In this document: one piece after another, positions 19,773 to 28,118 of the stretch
Layout: each line of letters opens with the position of its first letter
Numbering within the stretch: the first letter of the stretch is position 1
The notes under the pieces: generated by a model
Database searches by the model: none
Seen by the model: only the letters and a program-made list of their open reading frames with translations
What the model was told of the DNA's origin: nothing
DNA from: an uncultured Gammaproteobacteria bacterium
Lineage (GTDB): Bacteria > Pseudomonadota > Gammaproteobacteria > Steroidobacterales > Rariloculaceae
DNA: 64,000 nucleotides
Direction: 5' to 3'
NCBI GenBank assembly: GCA_964465375.1
Contig: CAYXIJ010000001.1
Coordinates: 60,060-124,059, forward strand
Translations under genes and position numbers: made by a program

Positions 19773-21716
19773 ATGAATACACCACAAAGCCAAAACCTAA
19801 AGGCACTCTGGTCCTTTATTGTTGTGCTATTGCTGCACGGATTACCCAAAATTTCACTGGCCCAACAAACGGATAACCTACAAATAATGCCTAACTATAG
19901 ACAGGCAGACATTCAACAAATAATCGAAGCAGTTGGTGAGGTTACTGGGAGAAATTTTGTAGTTGACCCTAGGGTACAAGCCCAAGTTACCTTGCTGTCC
20001 TTCTCGCCCATGACTCCAGATGCTTTCTATGACACTTTTTTAGCAGCACTCCAAGTGCATGGATATGTAGCACTGGACTCAGGTGATGTAGTAAAAATTG
20101 TCCCTGATGCAAATGCAAGACAACTGCCGGGCGCTCCTCCTGGCTCTACCGGAGACCAGCTCGTCACTCAAACGGTAAGGCTAGAAAATGTTGGGGCTGC
20201 GCAGTTGGTACCCATTCTCCGGCCGTTAGTTCCTCAATACGGGCACCTAGCAGCACACACAACTTCTAATATGCTAATAATCGCTGACCGTGCCGCAAAT
20301 GTAGTCCGAATGCTTAACATCGTGGCAAGAATCGACCAAGCAGGAAATGATGAGATCGAAATCATTCCACTTGAAAATGCCTCTGCCAGTCAGATTGTTC
20401 GCATGCTCAGTACGCTCAACCAAGCATCGACAGCAGCCGGTAGCGCCCCTGGTGTCCAGCTAGCTGCTGACGAAAGGACGAACAGCTTACTTCTGAGCGG
20501 AGCCCAGTCCGGCCGGTTGCGATATAGGGCCTTAATTGCCCACTTGGATACTCCAACAGAGGGTGGTGGAGATACCCGCGTTCGTTATCTCAACTACGCT
20601 AACTCTGAGGACTTAGCAGCTAATCTCCAGGCACAATTTGGGGCTCTAGGCGAAGGAGGAACAGGTGGTACATCTCAAGCAATCACTATCTGGTCTGACG
20701 CTCCGACAAACGCACTTGTAATTAATGCTCCTGCCAACATCCTCCAGGACATGAATTCAGTTATTGACCGGCTTGATATCCCGCGTGCTCAGGTAAAAGT
20801 TGACGCAATTATCGTAGAGGTTACAGAAGACAAGGCTGCCGAATTTGGTGTAACTTGGGCCACCGAGGCTGCGCAAGATAATATCGGTATTGGTCTCACT
20901 AATTTCCCCGCAACAAGCACTGGTGTTGCCCAGGTAGCAGCAGCCACTCAGGGCGACATACCAAACACTTCTTTGATACCCCAAGGAATCAGTTTCGGTG
21001 TGGGTAGAATCAATAGGGCTGAAACAAGTTGGGCAGCTATCTTGACCGCGCTACAGGGAGATGCCACTACTAATATCATCTCAACGCCGTCTATCGTAAC
21101 TATGGATAACGAACAGGCAGAAATTTCAGTTGGCCAAGAAGTACCTTTCCTGACCGGCCAATTTACTGCTACAGGGGCAGCGCAGGGAGCAATTAATCCT
21201 TTTCAGACTATCCAGCGCCAAGAAATTGGTACCAGCCTGACAATCACGCCCCAGATTAACGAAGGAACAGGCGTTAAACTTAATATTGAGCAAGAAACCT
21301 CAAGCATTAGTGCAGGTGCAGCCGGGGCGGTAGATATTATTACCAATAATCGAACCATCACAACCTCGGTATTCGTAGAAGATGGGGAAATATTAGTTCT
21401 AGGTGGATTAATTGATGATCAGCTTCTAGAAACCGAACAACGGGTACCAGTACTAGGACGAATGCCGCTCCTTGGTTGGCTTTTCCGGTCTAGTTCAACA
21501 GAGAAAGTGAAAACTAACCTGATGGTTTTTATTCGACCAACAATCCTCAGAGATAACATACAAGCACGCTTCGAGACTGATGCTAAATATCAATACATCA
21601 GAGACTTACAATTAGAGCAAACAGAAGAGCCTGTCCAGCTTATGAAGAATGCGAGTCGTCCGATTCTTCCTGAATTACCACCGATGCCGGAAGAGGTCGA
21701 TGAGGATGGAAACTAG
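19773..21716 (+). CDS. gspD: type II secretion system secretin GspD
   Basis: 647 aa with a signal peptide, N0-N3 repeats and a secretin domain (VPVLGRMPLLGWLFRS...TNLMVFIRPTIL). Confidence 0.93.
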   Translation: MNTPQSQNLKALWSFIVVLLLHGLPKISLAQQTDNLQIMPNYRQADIQQIIEAVGEVTGRNFVVDPRVQAQVTLLSFSPMTPDAFYDTFLAALQVHGYVALDSGDVVKIVPDANARQLPGAPPGSTGDQLVTQTVRLENVGAAQLVPILRPLVPQYGHLAAHTTSNMLIIADRAANVVRMLNIVARIDQAGNDEIEIIPLENASASQIVRMLSTLNQASTAAGSAPGVQLAADERTNSLLLSGAQSGRLRYRALIAHLDTPTEGGGDTRVRYLNYANSEDLAANLQAQFGALGEGGTGGTSQAITIWSDAPTNALVINAPANILQDMNSVIDRLDIPRAQVKVDAIIVEVTEDKAAEFGVTWATEAAQDNIGIGLTNFPATSTGVAQVAAATQGDIPNTSLIPQGISFGVGRINRAETSWAAILTALQGDATTNIISTPSIVTMDNEQAEISVGQEVPFLTGQFTATGAAQGAINPFQTIQRQEIGTSLTITPQINEGTGVKLNIEQETSSISAGAAGAVDIITNNRTITTSVFVEDGEILVLGGLIDDQLLETEQRVPVLGRMPLLGWLFRSSSTEKVKTNLMVFIRPTILRDNIQARFETDAKYQYIRDLQLEQTEEPVQLMKNASRPILPELPPMPEEVDEDGN

Positions 21717-23205
21717 CGACAAAGCTGTAGAAGAAAGAAATCGACCAACTGACGGAAAGTTAAGTCTTCCGTTTGCGTTTGCTAAACGCCACGGTGTACT
21801 TGTAGAGAAAATGAATGGTGACAGTGCCTCAGTAATTTATCGCGAAGGATCCTCTTACTTAAGTCTTACTGAAGTACGGCGGTATGCTAAAGGTCCCGTA
21901 CACTTTTCTGTTGTAGATCCAGACACCTTTGATGCCCGACTTCAGGCTGCTTATGAAAGTGGGGCCACTAGAACTATGATGGAAGGTATAGATGACGAAA
22001 CGGATCTCTTTGAAGCAGCCCAACAACTCCCAGAGCCATCGGATCTACTGGAAAGCGAAGATGAGGCCCCGATTATTCGACTCATCAATGCTGTACTTAC
22101 TGAGGCAGTGAAGAAAAATGCCTCTGATATACACATTGAACCCTATGAAACACGTTTAGTCTTAAGATTTCGTATCGATGGTGCACTCCAAGAAGTCCTT
22201 CAATCTCGTCGTGCAGTAGCGCCCCTAGTAGTATCCAGAATAAAAGTGATGTCAAAGCTGGATATCGCTGAAAAGCGACTGCCTCAGGATGGACGGATGT
22301 CACTTCGCGTTGCAGGCAGGGCCGTGGATGTGCGGGTCTCCACGATTCCATCGGGACACGGGGAAAGAGTCGTGCTTCGACTGCTAGACAAACAGGCCGG
22401 TCGATTGGATCTTGAGCATTTAGGAATGTCGAAAAATAACCAAAGAATCATGGATAAACTTATACACCGGCCTCATGGCATTCTGCTGGTGACGGGCCCC
22501 ACGGGATCAGGAAAAACCACAACACTCTACGCGGCGCTCGAGCGTATCAACGATCTCAGTCGAAATATTTTGACAGTGGAAGACCCCATTGAATACTTCA
22601 TGGATGGTATTGGGCAAACCCAAGTTAATAGGAAGGTGGAAATGACTTTTGCGCGGGGCCTACGGGCAATTCTGCGCCAAGACCCTGATGTAGTTATGGT
22701 TGGTGAAATCCGGGACCTAGAAACAGCAGAAATCGCTATACGAGCAAGTCTTACAGGTCACCTTGTTCTTTCAACCTTACATACCAATACTGCGGTAGGA
22801 GCAATCACTCGCTTGAGAGATATGGGCGTGGAGCCATTTCTTCTCTCTTCGAGCCTCATTGGAGTGCTAGCACAACGCCTTATCAGGGTCTTAAATCCAC
22901 ACAGCCGACGACCCTATCAAGCTACAGAATATGAGTGCGGCATACTTAAAGCCAATCCTTCTGAGCCTCCAACCCTTTATCGATCCTCTTCTGATGAAAC
23001 TAGCTACCAGGGACGTAGCGGAATTTACGAGTTGGTTTGTATTGACGATCAGATCCGCACTATGATTCACGATGCTGCTAGTGAGCATGAACTCGAAAGC
23101 TATGCACGCAGCCAAGGCCCGAGTATTCTTGAAGACGGACTGAAAAAGGTAATTGAGGGAAAGACTACGCTAGAGGAAGTCCTTCGGGTAACCCGGACCG
23201 ATTAA
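21706..23205 (+). CDS. gspE: type II secretion system ATPase GspE
   Basis: Walker A GPTGSGKTTT, Asp box and His box (LSTLHTN). The start (ATG 21700 or 21706) overlaps the end of gspD. The track ORF begins at 21649. Confidence 0.92.
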   Translation: METSDKAVEERNRPTDGKLSLPFAFAKRHGVLVEKMNGDSASVIYREGSSYLSLTEVRRYAKGPVHFSVVDPDTFDARLQAAYESGATRTMMEGIDDETDLFEAAQQLPEPSDLLESEDEAPIIRLINAVLTEAVKKNASDIHIEPYETRLVLRFRIDGALQEVLQSRRAVAPLVVSRIKVMSKLDIAEKRLPQDGRMSLRVAGRAVDVRVSTIPSGHGERVVLRLLDKQAGRLDLEHLGMSKNNQRIMDKLIHRPHGILLVTGPTGSGKTTTLYAALERINDLSRNILTVEDPIEYFMDGIGQTQVNRKVEMTFARGLRAILRQDPDVVMVGEIRDLETAEIAIRASLTGHLVLSTLHTNTAVGAITRLRDMGVEPFLLSSSLIGVLAQRLIRVLNPHSRRPYQATEYECGILKANPSEPPTLYRSSSDETSYQGRSGIYELVCIDDQIRTMIHDAASEHELESYARSQGPSILEDGLKKVIEGKTTLEEVLRVTRTD

Positions 23206-24419
23206 TGGGCGCATATCAGTACGTTGCCCTTGATGAAGTTGGCAAAGAACATAAAGGCACTCTTGAAGGCGAGACCCCGAGAGCAGTCCGCCAAGTACTT
23301 CGCGAACGAAAGCTATTTCCCGTGGAGGTAGTGGAGACAAGAACAAAGGAAAATATTACCCGTCAAAAACTCGTCGTTAGGAAATCTTTTTCAGCGTTAG
23401 ATCTGGCACTATTCACACGCCAGTTGGCTACCTTAGTTCGAGCAGGCCTGCCTCTAGATGAAGCACTTCAAGCTGTCAGCGAACAGTCAGAGAAAGCTCG
23501 CATTAAAAGTATCGTGCTGGGAGTTAAAGCTAAAGTCCTAAGTGGTCACACTTTAGCCGAAAGCCTGAATGATTTTCGCAAAATCTTTCCTCCTGTCTAC
23601 CGAGCCACAGTAGCGGCAGGTGAGCAATCAGGACGCTTGGATACAATCCTTGACCGTCTAGCGGAGTACACTGAATCTCGTCATAACTTAAGCCAGAAAG
23701 TTAATCACGCGCTGATTTATCCGGTGGTACTTACGGGCTTATCTTTAACTATTATTGTTCTCATGCTTGTGTACGTAGTACCAAAAGTGGTTGGCGTATT
23801 TCAAACTAGTGGACAAAGCCTACCAATATTGACGCGGAGTCTAATTTGGTTTTCTGATTTTCTTCAAAACTGGTGGCTTGGCATCCTTGGAGTCCTAGGG
23901 ATACTTATTTTTATCATCCGTCGCTCTCTCGAAAACGAAGAAACAAAAAAACGTGCCCACAGATGGATATTGAAAATACCTGTATTAGGTAAAGTAAACC
24001 GGGGGCTAAATACTGCTCGATTTACGAGAACATTTAGCATTCTAAATTCCAGCGGGGTACCAGTTCTAGAATCACTACGCATCAGTGCGTCTGTAGTTTC
24101 CAGTCTACCTATGCGAGATGCTGTCGAAGAGGCAACAATGCGTGTACGTGAAGGTAGCGCTATTGGTCACGCACTGAATAAATCTGGGATATTCCCAGCA
24201 ATGAGTATTCATCTAATCTCAAGTGGCGAGGCAAGTGGGGAATTAGACAGCATGCTTGAAAAGGCGGCTACCCATCAAGAAAAAGAAATGGATAGCACCC
24301 TGACTACCATGCTTAGCCTACTCGAACCCACTCTTATTATTTTTATGGGACTTATAGTCCTGGCTATTGTGATGGCAGTGCTGCTGCCTATTTTCCAAAT
24401 TAACCAGCTGATCCTCTAG
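23205..24419 (+). CDS. gspF: type II secretion system inner-membrane platform protein GspF
   Basis: 404 aa with the duplicated GspF domain and 3 TM segments. Its start overlaps the gspE stop. Confidence 0.92.
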   Translation: MGAYQYVALDEVGKEHKGTLEGETPRAVRQVLRERKLFPVEVVETRTKENITRQKLVVRKSFSALDLALFTRQLATLVRAGLPLDEALQAVSEQSEKARIKSIVLGVKAKVLSGHTLAESLNDFRKIFPPVYRATVAAGEQSGRLDTILDRLAEYTESRHNLSQKVNHALIYPVVLTGLSLTIIVLMLVYVVPKVVGVFQTSGQSLPILTRSLIWFSDFLQNWWLGILGVLGILIFIIRRSLENEETKKRAHRWILKIPVLGKVNRGLNTARFTRTFSILNSSGVPVLESLRISASVVSSLPMRDAVEEATMRVREGSAIGHALNKSGIFPAMSIHLISSGEASGELDSMLEKAATHQEKEMDSTLTTMLSLLEPTLIIFMGLIVLAIVMAVLLPIFQINQLIL

Positions 24420-24431
24420 AGCAAGAAAACT

Positions 24432-24848
24432 CTACTCACCCGCTCGCCTAAATCCAGCACCTCCACCCGAAAATATAGCAATGTCTCCGTTGTGAAATTC
24501 GACTCGCGACAAACGCATAAAGTTTGGCTCAGTTAGACCGGGTGCTCCTACAACTAGTTTTAATTTGTCTCCGGGGCGGAGCACCTCATTCCCTACACCC
24601 GAACGCCTCAAGTTGTTGGCACTTGCAAGTTCCGCACTCCATTCCACTTCGCTACCACCATCATCTGTAACGAGGTAGGTGAGCCTCCCATGAGGATTAA
24701 ACAATTTATAATCCACAACCGTAACGTTTTCATGTTGCAACTCAACATTGAGGTCGAAATAAACACCTCCATTATGATGTGCTGTTGCGGAAAAACCAGC
24801 AAGCGATATTAAAATCACTAAAGATAGGTATGCACCAAGATATCTCAT
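24432..24848 (-). CDS. secreted DUF6152-like protein (stand-alone N-domain), copy C
   Basis: The start is trimmed to MRYLGAYLSLVILISLAGFSATA|HHNGGVYFD inside track ORF 24432..24944. The pattern ..LFNPHGRLTYL..EW..RRSG..GDKLKLV.. matches the N-domains of 4204..5220 and 25692..26747. Confidence 0.7.
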   Translation of the reverse strand: MRYLGAYLSLVILISLAGFSATAHHNGGVYFDLNVELQHENVTVVDYKLFNPHGRLTYLVTDDGGSEVEWSAELASANNLRRSGVGNEVLRPGDKLKLVVGAPGLTEPNFMRLSRVEFHNGDIAIFSGGGAGFRRAGE

Positions 24849-24867
24849 AGCTTTCGTGTCTCCATTC

Positions 24868-25515
24868 TTAACCGAGACCTCCAAATTCCGGGATACACTC
24901 ATACTCCCAAATTTCACCATCCGGCGCAAAAACCCAACGCCCATTTACGACATACGGCTCCTCGTAATAACGCGAGTCATGCACTTCCCCCGTAAAGGTT
25001 AGTATGTCCCCGTCACGGTTATACCGTTCCAGTACATAGGCCGACTCATCACCTGAAAAAGGAAAGCCGGCTGTCCAGACATAATTATCCGGTGACATAT
25101 GAGTAGTTTTAATTACTAAAGTTTCGCCTTCCCAATGACCCGTCGAGTAACCAATAAGCGATGGCAACCAATGATCGGGCGCTTGTCGACCATCCATAAA
25201 AATACGACGTACCTGATGAAAATGCTCATAGAGAATCAAAATTTGATGGTTCTGTTGTACAATTTCTATTGGGTATGGATCTACCAAACCCAAGGGGATT
25301 CCAGGCATCAGACACCGTAGAGTGGGATCCTTGTCCGCACCAAAATCCTCAAATTCAGCTTGCCCCTCCGGGGTAAGTTTGACATCGCTTGGCGAAGGCT
25401 GTCCCATACGCCGTGGATGTTGCGCGTTCCAAATTCCTTGAAAATCAGCCTGAGCAAAAGCCGTTCCGGCAATCGATATCGCCAGAAAAGCCATGTAGAT
25501 TCTATTGATGCGCAT
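24868..25515 (-). CDS. secreted protein of unknown function (stand-alone C-domain), copy D
   Basis: Start MRINRIYMAFLAISIAGTAFAQ|ADFQGIW, with GGGAG 5-6 nt upstream. The segments LRCLMPGIPLGLVDPYPIEI...GYSTGHWEGETLVIKT...EYECIP align to the C-terminal halves of the fused paralogs. It lies 19 nt upstream of copy C. Confidence 0.7.
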   Translation of the reverse strand: MRINRIYMAFLAISIAGTAFAQADFQGIWNAQHPRRMGQPSPSDVKLTPEGQAEFEDFGADKDPTLRCLMPGIPLGLVDPYPIEIVQQNHQILILYEHFHQVRRIFMDGRQAPDHWLPSLIGYSTGHWEGETLVIKTTHMSPDNYVWTAGFPFSGDESAYVLERYNRDGDILTFTGEVHDSRYYEEPYVVNGRWVFAPDGEIWEYECIPEFGGLG

Positions 25516-25691
25516 TTTTTCTCCCATAACTGCAAGGACCGCAATCCCTCATCTTGCATCTTAACGATAATTCAAGCATAGAAACCAGAGCTAGAGAGAA
25601 TATATATAATATATCTATGCTGTGATTCTTTGGGGTGTGGCTACAAGAAATAATGAGCACCCGCGAACGCTTGAGCAATGAGGTGAATAAT

Positions 25692-26747
25692 ATGCGCGCC
25701 CAAAAAATAAGTGTATTAGCAATACTGGGGATTCTACCGACGATGTTGTCAGCCCACCATAACGTTGGAGCAAACTTTGATCCGAGCATTACAAAGGAAC
25801 TCGAAGGTGAAATCACTGACATACTCTGGCGAAACCCACATATAGCCTTCACTCTCGGGGTTACAGGCAGCACTGGCGAGCAAACCGAGTGGAATATAGA
25901 AACCCACTCTCTGAGCATTATGCGCCGGATGGACGTCACCGAACCGTTTGTTGAAATTGGGGATACGGTAAAGGTAGCTGGCTGGCTGGCACGACGTGGC
26001 CAAGGAATGTTTGCCAACAATATGCTTCTTCCTGGTGGAGAGGAATTCGTCTTTACTTTCTCCCCAAAACCTGCAGATCTTCGTTGGTCGGATCGGTTAT
26101 GGGGAACCAACGAACGGTGGTTTGCAGAAAATGGCAATACATCGGCATCGGAGCGTGGCATTTACCGGGTCTGGAGTACCACATTTTCTGCCGAAGCACA
26201 GGCCGTACCTAGTGAGGCTGAACGCACTGGATTCTTGCTCCTGCGAGACTACCCGCTCACGACTGAAGCGCGCGCAGTACAAAAAGCGTTTAACCCAGTA
26301 ATAGATGATCCGCTCCTTAACTGCGGACTGAAGGGTATGCCTGGGATTATGAATAATCCATATCCCATGGAATTTGTGGATCGCGGGGACACAATTGAGC
26401 TGCGCATGGAAGAGTACGACACCGTCCGAATAATCCATATGAATGACCAATCCGCTCCAGAGCCGGAACCCTCGATCTATGGCTATTCTACGGGATACTG
26501 GAATGATGAAACCTTAGTTGTACAAACATCACATAACAACTGGGGGCATTTTCAAGGCAGAGGCATACGAACCAGTAGTGCTATCAGCTTCGTAGAGCAA
26601 TTTACACCTACACAAGATGGAAGCAGGCTTGAGTATCAATTAATAGTTACTGATCCAGCTACATTTACCGAACCGGTGGAACTTAAAAAGGCCTGGGTCT
26701 GGCTACCCGATGTTACGGTTGAGCCGTACAACTGTATAGCAGATTAA
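25692..26747 (+). CDS. secreted two-domain protein of unknown function (DUF6152-like N-domain fused to an uncharacterised C-domain), copy B
   Basis: Start MRAQKISVLAILGILPTMLSA|HHNVGANFD, with GAGGTG 8 nt upstream. It aligns with copy A along its whole length by eye (ITDILWRNPHIAFTL; LNCGLKGMPGIMNNPYPMEF; GYSTGYWNDETLVVQT; EPYNC). Confidence 0.75.
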   Translation: MRAQKISVLAILGILPTMLSAHHNVGANFDPSITKELEGEITDILWRNPHIAFTLGVTGSTGEQTEWNIETHSLSIMRRMDVTEPFVEIGDTVKVAGWLARRGQGMFANNMLLPGGEEFVFTFSPKPADLRWSDRLWGTNERWFAENGNTSASERGIYRVWSTTFSAEAQAVPSEAERTGFLLLRDYPLTTEARAVQKAFNPVIDDPLLNCGLKGMPGIMNNPYPMEFVDRGDTIELRMEEYDTVRIIHMNDQSAPEPEPSIYGYSTGYWNDETLVVQTSHNNWGHFQGRGIRTSSAISFVEQFTPTQDGSRLEYQLIVTDPATFTEPVELKKAWVWLPDVTVEPYNCIAD

Positions 26748-26860
26748 TAATTTTTAGCCTAATCTGTGGGACTCTAAACACCCTCTTCACCGCTAAATCC
26801 TTGGATGTTGATAAGATTTCTTAAAATCACAACAGTTTTTTCTAATTTTTTGCTTTTAAT

Positions 26861-27472
26861 CTATTTCATGGTATCTCGAACAACACCTACAACTACACCC
26901 TCGATAGTCATGGCTTTCTCTCGAAGATCGATATGAATAGGACTGAATTCGGGGTTTTCCGGCAAAAGCCAAACTTGATGGCCTTCTTGACGATAACGCT
27001 TGACGGTTACCTCTTCTTCTAGACGAGCCACCACGATCTGTCGATTTCTTACCTCTGGTGAGCGATGAACTGCCACTAGATCTCCGTCCAATATGCCCGC
27101 ATCCCGCATGCTCATACCATGCACACGAAGCAAAAAATGAGGATCTGACGTAAATAATTGGGAATCAATTTGATAGTAATCTTCAATATGCTGTTCCGCC
27201 AATAACGGTTCGCCTGCAGCAACTCTCCCTATTAATGGCAATCCCAGTTGATCCCTTAGTGAATCCTTGAGTCGGATACCCCGAGAAGTGCCAGGGAGAA
27301 GCTCAATCACCCCCTTGCGCTCTAAAGCTCGCAAATGTTCTTCAGCTGCGTTCGCCGAACGGAAGCCTAACTGCTCAGCAATCTCGGCACGCGTAGGTGG
27401 CATACCAGTTTCACGAATAAAACTTTGAATTAAAAAAAGAATCTCCTCTTGCCGAGAAGTTAAGCTACGCAT
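26861..27472 (-). CDS. lexA: SOS repressor LexA
   Basis: 203 aa with an N-terminal wHTH ([17 protein letters not shown]) and the Ser-Lys dyad context ([11 protein letters not shown]; EVTVKRY). Confidence 0.97.
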   Translation of the reverse strand: MRSLTSRQEEILFLIQSFIRETGMPPTRAEIAEQLGFRSANAAEEHLRALERKGVIELLPGTSRGIRLKDSLRDQLGLPLIGRVAAGEPLLAEQHIEDYYQIDSQLFTSDPHFLLRVHGMSMRDAGILDGDLVAVHRSPEVRNRQIVVARLEEEVTVKRYRQEGHQVWLLPENPEFSPIHIDLREKAMTIEGVVVGVVRDTMK

Positions 27473-27481
27473 TTTAATTAC

Positions 27482-27516
27482 CTGTATATATAGACATATA
27501 CTGTTATTATATACAG
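27482..27516. promoter_or_regulatory. two tandem SOS (LexA) boxes upstream of lexA
   Basis: CTGTATATATAGACAT (27482..27497, one mismatch in the ACAG arm) and CTGTTATTATATACAG (27501..27516, a perfect CTGT-N8-ACAG). They begin 10 nt upstream of the lexA start codon. Confidence 0.85.
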
Positions 27517-27774
27517 TTATTTGTACAAGTTAAAGCAAAGTTGCGCTACTTTCTGTAACAGGGCTCAGGATTATAAAGCGGGCTTCCTAGCCGCAACCTT
27601 CGGTCTTGCATCACGAATTTATTGCCAAACTTAATTAAATGTCATTTGTCTTAAAAAAACTTTAAAAGCAATTAGGTCGCACAGAATAAGGTCTTCGTTT
27701 TTCTTTTGATTGCAGTAGCGTGCGCTTTAGGAAATAATTGCCCCTGTTCTGTTATTCAGTCAGAGGAAAAACTA

Positions 27775-28059
27775 ATGACCACAAAACTTCGGCTAAGCGC
27801 ATTCTTCGCCGTTTTAGTTACTGCTGCCGGTTGTGCAACCATTACTGCGGATGATCTCAATGCAGTACGAACGATGGCACAAAACGCCCAAAGCGCGGCA
27901 AGTGATGCTCAGCGCCAAGCAGGTGAGGCTCGCCAGATGGCCTCAGGAGCTCAAAGTACTGCAAACCAAGCGCTATCTGCAGCTAATGCTGCTCAAGCCT
28001 GTTGTGATGCGACTAACGAGAAAGTTGATCGCATGTTCGAGCAATCCCTGTCTAAGTAA
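27775..28059 (+). CDS. OprI/Lpp-like alanine-zipper outer-membrane lipoprotein with C-terminal Lys
   Basis: Start MTTKLRLSAFFAVLVTAAG|C, a lipobox, with GAGGA upstream. The mature part is Ala/Gln-rich heptad coil (AQNAQSAASDAQRQAGEARQMASGAQSTANQALSAANAAQ) and ends ...EQSLSK. The start is trimmed from track ORF 27706. Confidence 0.75.
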   Translation: MTTKLRLSAFFAVLVTAAGCATITADDLNAVRTMAQNAQSAASDAQRQAGEARQMASGAQSTANQALSAANAAQACCDATNEKVDRMFEQSLSK

Positions 28060-28078
28060 AGGGTTGAATAATATATGG

Positions 28079-28110
28079 CGCCGATGCCGTTGGTGTCGGC
28101 GGCTTTTTTT
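28079..28110 (+). terminator. rho-independent terminator after the lipoprotein gene
   Basis: CGCCGATGCC-GTT-GGTGTCGGCG forms a 10-bp stem including 2 G-U pairs, followed by GC and T7. It lies between the convergent lipoprotein and ldt genes. Confidence 0.75.
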
Positions 28111-28118
28111 ATTCCTTA

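Noticed and set aside
25516-25691. A possible Fur box or regulator site (..ACGATAATTCAAGCAT..) and an AT palindrome (ATATATATAATATAT) in the divergent promoter region of the HH cluster.
   Set aside because: Only a GATAAT half-site matches the Fur consensus, and the AT-rich palindrome is low-complexity. This is not enough to call a binding site, though it is worth motif searching if orthologous regions become available.
25502-26161. A 219-aa minus-strand ORF overlapping the divergent intergenic region and the 5' half of copy B.
   Set aside because: It is antisense to a gene supported by paralogy, and it would run through the promoter region. It has no SD or recognisable features.
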